In this document: positions 54,626 to 64,000 of the stretch, in pieces
Layout of the letters: every line of letters begins with the position of its first letter
How positions within the stretch are numbered: position 1 is the first letter of the stretch
Source of the DNA: Tubulanus polymorphus
Taxonomy: Eukaryota; Animalia; Nemertea
Assembly: GCF_964204645.1 (NCBI RefSeq)
Contig: NC_134033.1
Coordinates: 12,842,655-12,906,654, forward strand
Reading direction: 5' to 3'
DNA length: 64,000 nt
Program-made: the position numbers and the translations under genes
Notes under the pieces: generated by a model
Seen by the model: the letters and a program-made list of their open reading frames with translations, nothing else
What the model was told of the DNA's origin: nothing
Database searches by the model: none

Positions 54626-55475
54626 GACAATAAAATAGTTACAGCTTTAAAGTAATACTCGTCTCGTTGTGTTCATCCTACGCCTGGGTGACACCGGGCT
54701 CCTCTACGAATCTAATCATTTCATTGTGATCAAATCTCTCACTTATGTTGTGTATAGTTTAGTCGGAGATGAGATGCACTTTATATACTTGTGTGCCCAT
54801 ACTTCGAAACGATACGACAAATATATAGGGACCTATCTTATTTCATCCCATCCTATTAATAAGCTGGGTACCTTTTAATTCTAATAGAAAAACCCTAGTA
54901 AATCTGGTAAGCCCATTTTTATCTCAAGTAAACATCACGCTATCACTGTACAAGTATTGCCCAAAAGGCAAAAGGGTAAAGTGAATTAAATTTATAGCGT
55001 TATTCATAGTTTATAGTGTTATTTATAGCCGTGTTTACGTAATAAACCATTTTACAGTTGCTAGCCGCCATTTTGTTAGGGTACTTTTGTCCTGTATTGT
55101 TGGGTCATTATTTTCTCCTTTTTAGAAACTATTTGTGATGCGTGTTTATCATATCTCATCTGTCCCTGGATGGATTTTGACAGTTTTAACAACATTTAAA
55201 GCGTGTGAATCTGTGCTATTATAGTCCATCCTACACAAATTCATGTATTTACACATATATCGTATAATGTTTTTCTGCGCTCTAAGCAAATGTCTTTTTG
55301 CAGAGCGATAAACCAATTTTCTACATTTCATGTAAATCGTAAGTTCGGTTTTTTTTTGTTTCTACCATCATGCAGCTAGTCAAACAGTTAAACTCTATTT
55401 CAGAGTTCCGGAATTATCGGAAGCTACAAATAATGAAACAGGAGCCAGCGGTGATGGAGTAAGGGTGATTGAAAC

Positions 55476-55665
55476 GATACATTATTCGAGCTTTTTTCGA
55501 TTCTTCAAGTAGGTTTTCTGAAAAATAGCTCGAAGGACACAGATACATTTCGAGTTTCTGTATTCTTCAAGAAGGTTTTTTAAACCTACCGGAAGAATAG
55601 AAAAAAACCTATTGAAGAATAGGAAAGGACCTACTTGAAGGATACAAAAGCTCGAAATGTATCCA
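55476..55665. repeat. Imperfect inverted repeat, MITE-like
   Basis: GATACATT..TCGAGCTTTT..TTCAAGTAGG pairs with CCTACTTGAA..AAAAGCTCGAAATGTATC. Confidence 0.55.
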
Positions 55666-58045
55666 TTGATTCGGGGCCGAAATGACTCTTAAAATAATAT
55701 ACAGATTGACGCAGAAACATGTTAAATATCTGAGAACCACTTAAGTGTATTGTATTTTTTTTCGAAGGATTAATTCCCCGACACAAATGTTGAAAATTAT
55801 CTGATTTGTCCTTAAACGAGCATTTATTCAAATGTGACGGTACGTTAAACGCGCTCTGATTGGTCCGTAAACGAGGCATTTCTGTTAATCGACCAATAAG
55901 AATTGCCCGTGACCGCAAAATCAGATCGTCGTGTTCTTCTTCTGTCTGCGGGGTGAATTCAGCAATTTTTTATCGACTCCAACATAAGAGTGCGCGCGTC
56001 TCTGTGATCACGAGAGGGTATAGAATTACTCGCTCCGGTGAAGAATTTCCAGTGACAGCCTAGACACATACGTGTAGATATACGTATACGCGTATACGAG
56101 TTCATCTCGTATTATACAATTATCGGTAACCGATACCAGAAAACGCGTCTCCACTCGTCGTCACACACACACATCTGCATTACACACCTTTCTTCTAGCC
56201 GTACAAGCAAAAACGGTTCAAGAACTACGACCCGACAACGCGTGTAGTGAGAAAAAAACATACGCCGAGGAACTGTCGACGCAGAACGACAAAGATTTGC
56301 TTTTTCTAGAGATGGGTCGATCATCGGCGACGTGTGTTGCCAATGACAACTCTCCGTAACGACAGTGTGCTAAGTCAGAATGTCTTCGGCTACATTAAAC
56401 AATATTGAACATCGTTAAACAGATTATTAAGCTACTACCAGTTCTCGGCTTGTTTTCACTATATTCGAGACGCTGTTGTTGTGCGCGGGTACGACGCTTT
56501 TAACAATGTCTCGTCTCCCTGAGAGATAGAGCGAGGGAGATAGATAGTCGCCATCTTTGCCGATTTTAGGGTGATGAGAATTACTATTCCTAGTGCCCCT
56601 CGACGCCGGAGTTTGGAAGTCTCGCAGCCTTTGCTCGAAACAATGGCGTTTTTTACGACGTTTGTTAGCTCGATAATTGGAAATTCTCATCTAATTGTCG
56701 CCAAGGAAACACCGGAAATTAAACGGCGGAACGACGCCATTCTCGGCAAAACACCATCGGTCGACTCGGAATGTCGATTGAGATCACGTAGGACGGTGTA
56801 GAGTTGGTGGACGAGAAATAAGTTGAGCAGTAAGCGTTCGTTTAGCTTTTGAGTAAGGCTCCATCATTCCGATCTCCCACCAGCTGCCCCCCCCCCAATC
56901 TCCATCCCGCACATACTACTACCTCCCTGCTTTTTAGATTTGAACCAGCTTTCGACATCGACTTCAAGATATATACAACCATTAGTTCAACCACAATCCA
57001 ACTACTGGACGAGAATATAGAAAAAAATGTTTAGAAATGCACGATTTCGTGTCATGAACGAACGAATCACTCGTGGGCCTAGAAACAAGTTCAAAAGGTT
57101 CGTTTATACATTTCATAGAAATGAACATGTGCAACATAATGATATTTACAACTACAAGAGTGAGAATAATCAATTAAGATGCTGGACAAAATGAATGGTG
57201 TACGAAGATGATTTACATGAGGGCAAAGCAAAGGAAAGTAAGGCCGCCGACGCGAGGACCGAGAAGAGGAAGAAATGAATACGAATATTGCTGAACAGTG
57301 TTGTTACCCGATGCAGGTGGGAATGTTTTTGTTGAATCGATATAAAATGAAAGCTTCCGACTTTCAGACGCATGCAGGCGGGCGATAAGTAGTTCGCATG
57401 GAATGATTAGTAGCATATATCTATACACGGCTGGCGTTCATATCAGCGGCAAGACGACATAAAAATCATGGACCGAATCCCGAACAATTTTTCCGATTCG
57501 TCTGTTTGACCCGAGATAAGATCCAGTTGTCTCTGTGCGAGAGAAACAACAGCGAGTTCGGTTAGATCAAGATCGAAGGTTGTTGCGCGTGATCATCAAA
57601 GATGCATGCCCCATTCCAAGCGGAATGGGGGTAACGTCGGGAATGTTGATTGCGCTGCGTGGCTCGATTCGCAGAAATAGAAAGATCTGCGAGTCGTTGA
57701 TTTATCGAACGAAGATGACGTGACTTGTGTGAATCGCAGTTTACAATGGTACATAGTTCGTGGCTTGTAAACCTGCCAGCAACCAATCCCGGAAGCGATG
57801 CTACCTTTGAACATGTAAAGAAAAGACTTCATTTCCTGATAGAGAAAGAGAGCATGTTGTCCTGTAGTCCGCCGTCGACGCTCCTGCTCGAATTCATAGA
57901 TAATTCACATGGAGGAAATCTGCTATCTTTTCTTCAGACGTTGGTCTCCTGATATAATCGGCCTGCCGACGCGGTAAAGACCTCTAGGGAAAATATTGGG
58001 GCATTTTTTGTTCATGGTTGGCAACATACATACATCAATGGGTCC

Positions 58046-58146
58046 TCATTTTTTACCCAAAGGGGGCGCTGAAGTTGCTACGAACAAAACTGCCATACGG
58101 TAATTAATCATAGCAACTTCAGCGCCCCCTATAGGTAAAAATGATG
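58046..58146. repeat. Short palindromic element
   Basis: GGGGGCGCTGAAGTTGCTA / TAGCAACTTCAGCGCCCCC perfect 19-bp arms. Confidence 0.75.
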
Positions 58147-61100
58147 AACACAGAGTGGCAATAGGTATTTTTAAAAACTATAGGATCTGATCTATTGACT
58201 GAGGTATGTTGCCATCCATTCACAATAAATGCCATTTTGAGCGTCCCATAGGCCGACTATAACTTGAATATTCCCATGGGCGTGGATGCGATCTCTCATC
58301 CTCTCCTGTACCAGATTGTGCAGGAGAGATTCGCTATTATTATTTCCATGAAAAAAAGCTTCTTTCAATCGAATTGCTAATATCAACTTGTTCCGAATGA
58401 TACCCTACGTAGTGCGGCGTTTTTAAACGCTTACCGATATTAAACGCCGACAACGAATCTTTTGACTCGGTAAAGTAAAGTACCCTGTAACAGAGTGAAT
58501 TGACATCGGAGCGAAGAATCAAATCATTTTATCCCCGTTCGACCAATTGAATAGCCGCATTGGCGGGCGGTCCGAGTCGGAAGCTGGAGCTGATGGATGT
58601 TACAGAGGACACGCTCTGCAAACAAGTATGGCGGTTTCCTGCCACACCTAAATGCAATAACGTCTATGATAAGTTTGAAATGAGTGAAATATCTGAGATC
58701 TGGGGTGCATTTTCTTTATTCCAAATTTAGATTAACAGTTTCGGCCTTAAAGCCTTCATCAATTGATCGATTCAAAATCCTGACGATGATCTCTAGTGAG
58801 AAACGTCGTGTATTTTGATGTAAAGAGAATTTGTTTTTAATCTTTTCAATTCGGTACTTATAACTTATTATCTGTTCTCCACGCCTGACTATTCTACCAC
58901 AGCGTCTATATGGATAAAAAGGGCTTTTTGGCCACGGACCTCATCAGTTCAACCCCTCCCCCCTTTCTTCAGATGTTTCGCCGGTGTCGAACGTAGGAAA
59001 AGACCTTTGTCTGATGGTTCATTTTGCTCGTCCATTTTTCCCAACAAGCTGGCGAACACGTACTACAGTAAACACTTTAATCACCGGAAATAACCGATTC
59101 GACTAATATGTCAATGCAGGTCAACGGCTGTAAAACTGACTGAAGTTGTGTCTCAGAAAAGCGAATGTCTTAGTATGCAAATATGCAACAAAAACGTGTG
59201 CAGAGGATTTCTTTTTAGCCGTAATCAAACTTTATTTGTTTCGTCTGCCGGATGAAGATTGCTACTGTAATTTTCTGCCGTCGTCGACTGTCGAAAGGAA
59301 CGTGACACGAGACTGAAAAACAGATGTAATTTGGGAGATTTATTCGACACATTTTTAGACATACACAAAGTTGCGCCTTAATGCAAAAAGAGATGGAGAG
59401 AAAGAGCGACACTTGACGTGCGTGTTGCGGTGATAAGACGATACATTCATCCCGATAACAATCTCATCAAACTGCTGTTTTAATCCCGACGAAAGGCGAA
59501 ATATCGAAATAACTTTTGCTCGTAAATAAGGTGATGCGGGTTAGTTGTTCAGCTGCTTCGAAAATTACGCTCTTAATTAAGTCACGCCAGTAATTAGATT
59601 ACTCTACGCGGAGACAGAGAGATCCAAAAATATTCTCAACTGAGTCGGCAAGAAATCCACGAAGTTTCACGCGATGATTCTTTGAACACGTGACCTGTGG
59701 AACGCGGTAACGGAAAGTTCTAGCATAGTTCAAGGTCGTCGACCGATAGGGAGGAAACGCCGAACGGTAATGAGAGCAGTTTTTGTCGAAACGGTAATGA
59801 AGACAGATTGATTGGAATTGAATTTTCTTGCAATCTATCTCCGTACGGTGCTTTAACGCGAAAAACATTTCATACGCGTACAATACAGGCGTACTAAACG
59901 CGCATTTGGCTAATTGGCAGTTTCGCCCGAGATCTTTAACGTGTATTCTGGGATTTCATTTCTATTTCCAGAGCAACACCTAGTTACAAACAGCAATTAA
60001 CGGCATTGTTCAAAGCGCCGTGCGACGTATTGAGGCAGAGATTCGCTCATCAAGAGAAAAAAAAACACGCGACGAGCTCTCGCGCGGAACTCGACGGAAA
60101 AGGCACCGCCTTTATACGTCGTTATTTTGTGTGTGTGTGTGTGTGTACGGATGAGCGAGAATCAGTCGAACATATGCAAGCTGCGTATTTTCGTCTTCAA
60201 CAACCTTATTAGCTGTCGAATGAAAAACGTGAACTCATCCGAGACACCTCCCGATCCTACTACGTTTTTTTTTTGTTACTATGAAAAATTTACCCTGTTT
60301 GCTTTATCCCGAATCTCGGCGTTTCGGTTCTCATTTCTAGTAATTCCACATCAAAGTGCCCTTACATCACCTTGCCTGACTAATTAGAACGTCGACGTAA
60401 TAGAGCGTATCTCCTCGCGGTGTTGGGAAGGACGAAATTATCAGTCAATCTTTTCAGGCGGGTTTTGGCGCCGAAAGTGTTTCGTCGGCGAATTAGATCA
60501 GACCGAGAGGAATTGATACACCGGCTGCGCTATAATTGTTCGCTCTCGGGCGCTGGAGAGACTTAGCGCCGTTGCGCCGTTCTATCTCTCTCCTCTCTCG
60601 CAATAATTGTAGTCAATTTAATTCGCGAATAATGATGCCGTTGATTGTAGCCCAGTTTCGCGCCGAGGATGAAAGGAACTATTTGGCGTAACTTCGAAAT
60701 TAAAGGAACACAACAGAGCAGCGGAAATAATAGATTCGTCGAATTGATCTATTTTTAAGGACCCACCATCCCGAATGAGTTTTTAGTTCTACCGATAATC
60801 AATTTGTGGCAGCACAAGTCGAATCTATACTGATGTTAGTTATAGGCCGGGTTTCAATAATAAGTATGCTCAACTCAAAAGATTGCTTTGAATTTTCTCA
60901 TTCGATCCATTTTGGCATCGATCTCTATGTCTGCAATGAGTTTTCAATATCTGCATAGTATGCATTCTATTTCATATCTAATCTATTCATTCATCTTTCC
61001 ATTATCTTTTCATTGTCTTTTTCATATTGAGTTTTTTTTTAAACATCCTTAGGGATGTACAGCCTTAATGGTTCTGTTGTCGATGTACGAAAAAATATTG

Positions 61101-61520
61101 TCAATATATTCGTGGTGAGAAATAGATTACATCACGTTTAGTCTAAGAATCCGAAAAAAAGAAAATGATTTAAACAGGCCTCATCATCATGAGTTACAGG
61201 TGTCTAACGTCCTTTTTCCGCTCCCAACTCCAGAGTCGAGTTCATCATTTTCGCACGAAGACACGCGATGCCTTTTGGGCCGTGTAATTAGTTTGACAAA
61301 CATCGACAGGCAACGGATGCCGGAATTACGTGACAAAGATTACACGGATACGACGTACAGCCGTGTTATTGTAAACAAGGGGCACATATTTGGAAATGTG
61401 CGATCGGTCGCCTTCAGCCGATACTCTGTGTGTGTTCACGTGTCATTAAGAAGCGAAAACGCTGCTGCTGCTGCCTACACACATAGTCTCACATATACCT
61501 GCCAGAAGCAACCAGTACTT

Positions 61521-61522
<2 letters not shown>

Positions 61523-61561
<39 letters not shown>
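61523..61561. repeat. (GA)n microsatellite
   Basis: Directly visible. Confidence 0.95.
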
Positions 61562-61564
<3 letters not shown>

Positions 61565-62147
61565 TACACCCCAATTAGCCGACAATTTCTGAAACTCGCT
61601 TCCAGGAGCAATTATCGTGTACGCTAACAATGTGCACACGATGTGGCCGATTCACTCCTGAATATTACATGTTCCCGTAAGACGACGACGACCATCGACA
61701 ACAATTTTCACGTCATCGCATCTCGCCCAGAATTTTCCAATTGTTTCACTGGTAGACACTGGTATAATCTCAGTTTTTTCGAAGTTGATAAGTGAACCCA
61801 CGACTGATGACGATGATGATGATGATGATGTTGAATAGATTCATTCTTCTAACGTTTCGATATGGTATATAATGTCTAAACAACATTGCACCGGTTTATC
61901 TCATCCGAGTGACTGTATAAACCTGCTGTCTTATCTACATCGTAGCGATTGTCTCTAAGTTCCTGTTCCTACCCTTCCTTGTTGTTGTCATTTATATTTT
62001 GGAATGAATTGTGTATCATACCTATTCCAATTTCCGTTTCTCTGGTGAGATGAGTTGAAACTTCGGAACGTTTGAAGCCCTTTAAAAACATCGTGCGGTG
62101 GGTGGGTTAACGTTTGAAGGATGACTCTTCTTAATAAACATCGGGGT

Positions 62148-62250
62148 CCAGTTCCACAGTTCCGAGTTAAGATTTGACTCTGGGTTAAAACATTGAAAAT
62201 GAACAAACTTTAATTCAGAGTTAACTCTTACTCACAACTGTGGAACTGGG
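62148..62250. mobile_element. ~100-bp palindromic MITE
   Basis: CCAGTTCCACAGTT / AACTGTGGAACTGG TIRs; same family as 30940-31045. Confidence 0.7.
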
Positions 62251-64000
62251 CCCGGGTGCTGGGTTAACTTGGCATTCGAAATGTTGCCGTTGTTATTGTA
62301 TCTCAAGTTGATGATGGTTTTGTGTCTTGTATTTTTTTTTTTCATTTTAATTTCCTTTGAAACGGGCGACGTGATCGCAATCACCAAGTCGAAATAGTAT
62401 GCGTTACGTGTGAAGAAAGCGGATGCCACAAGAGGTCCGACATCCAGATCAACAGTTTGTTTGTCGGTCAAAAGCATTTCGTAAACGTCTTGACGTCAAA
62501 GAACCAAATAAAAGAAAGATAGAAATCTAGTACCGATCTCGTAGTCATATACGCCTTATCGATACGAAAACTAGGAATATCTACTTCGATCTTTGAGAAA
62601 CCTGAACGCTTTTGCGCATCAAACGGACTGTGATTGGTCCAAACAATACGATTGGCATTCAATAATGGCGGATCATAAGCGTCAAATCATCATCAGTTAT
62701 AATATGCAAAGTTAGTCGTACATAGAATTTCATTCTGCTCATATATTGCACACGGATTTGTCTCATTTTGCACATAATTCCCATTATTTGCAAAATTCCT
62801 ACGCAGCTCCCTTAGTCGGCATTTTTGACTAGACGAACTAGATAGAATCCACGAAGGCCGTTTTGTTTATCCACGTAAACGTAAACGAACATGCACATGT
62901 ACATATACATGTACATGCAAATGAAGATATACATGTGCATGTACATTTACATGTATGTTTACATATACATATTGTACATATACCGACATATGTTCGTATG
63001 ACCTATAAAATTATTAGGCTATAACTATGATGATACATAACTACAGATGTAACGTTGCCAGATATATGACATTTTATGGATTATGAAGAATTATGGCACC
63101 TTTGCGTTGCCGATGCTGTCGTAGTCGACGCGAAGCGGACGTTCTTCATCGCCTAGTTGATTACCGGCTGTGATTTCCCAGAGCGCCGCGTCCTATTAGC
63201 TCATCTCGACTCATCGTCTTGTTAATGAAGAAAAATGAATGGTAATAGACCTGGTGCAGCGACTGTTTCGGTAAGGGACTGATACCGCTAGTGCGACAAC
63301 GGTTCTATTTCGTGCCTAACGCCGGGGCATCGTTAGTGCACTCGCGAACCGAGCCGACTCACTGGCCCCTCGGCGAAAGCGACTAATTCCTATTTATCAG
63401 CAACAGCAGAAGCCTTTAAAACCATATTTCACGAAAATTGAATTAATACTCGACGCTTCGTTCAATTGGGATTGTCCCTAATTGAATGGTTAAACAAAAC
63501 AGCTCCTCGCCAGCGATACGGATCTCGTGGGTTTTAGAAAGCGATTTCGGACTTCGTATCGACGATAAAAATGCCACCAATTCGAGCGAAACAAGGTCAC
63601 CGACTTCTCTGGCGTTATTAAGTTTCTATTCACCCGGTGCAGAAAAGTAAGGCACCGATAATGCCGAAAATTGAAAGGTCCTGTACGCTTTTGTTTCGAT
63701 GCCGATAGTAGCGCGTATGTGAATCTAGTGACGCTAATGGGATGACGCGTGTTGAGTGGAGAAAACTTGTTGAGTCTTGGACGGAATAATGCAAAAGTCT
63801 CGGCCGTTATTGCTCCCGAGCAATGACGTTTAATGAGGTGAAACGACAGTGAGGGGAAGTTTTATGGTGAATTTATCGTCGAAGCGCAGACGACCCGATA
63901 TGACATCGCACGTCTCTTCGTAACCGTAAAAAATGCGGCGCAAAATTTACGGGCATCATTCCTTTCGTATACCGCTGGCGGCGGGCTCCGGCAAGAGCCA

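Overview
Eukaryotic invertebrate (probably lophotrochozoan-like; the taxon is inferred) genomic DNA with spliceosomal GT-AG introns. From left to right: the 5' half of a group I p21-activated kinase gene (minus strand); tRNA-Leu(AAG); an HR83/NR2E5-type nuclear receptor (plus strand) whose probable first intron holds two tRNA-Ala genes; three adjacent signal-peptide-bearing secreted-protein genes; and the 3' exons of a CNG-like channel (minus strand). The three secreted-protein genes encode (i) a 367-aa polyprotein with ten KR-GPRP motifs flanked by amphipathic helical peptides, (ii) a furin-site-preceded standalone hemopexin propeller, and (iii) an 8-Cys protein with a Lys-rich tail. Introns carry MITEs, SINEs, Penelope-type hammerhead-like inverted repeats, and mini- and microsatellites. 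The most striking item is the GPRP polyprotein: convertase cleavage would release peptides with a free Gly-Pro-Arg-Pro N-terminus, the classic fibrin knob-A mimic. All exon models were spliced by hand from splice-site and phase logic and need RNA-seq confirmation.
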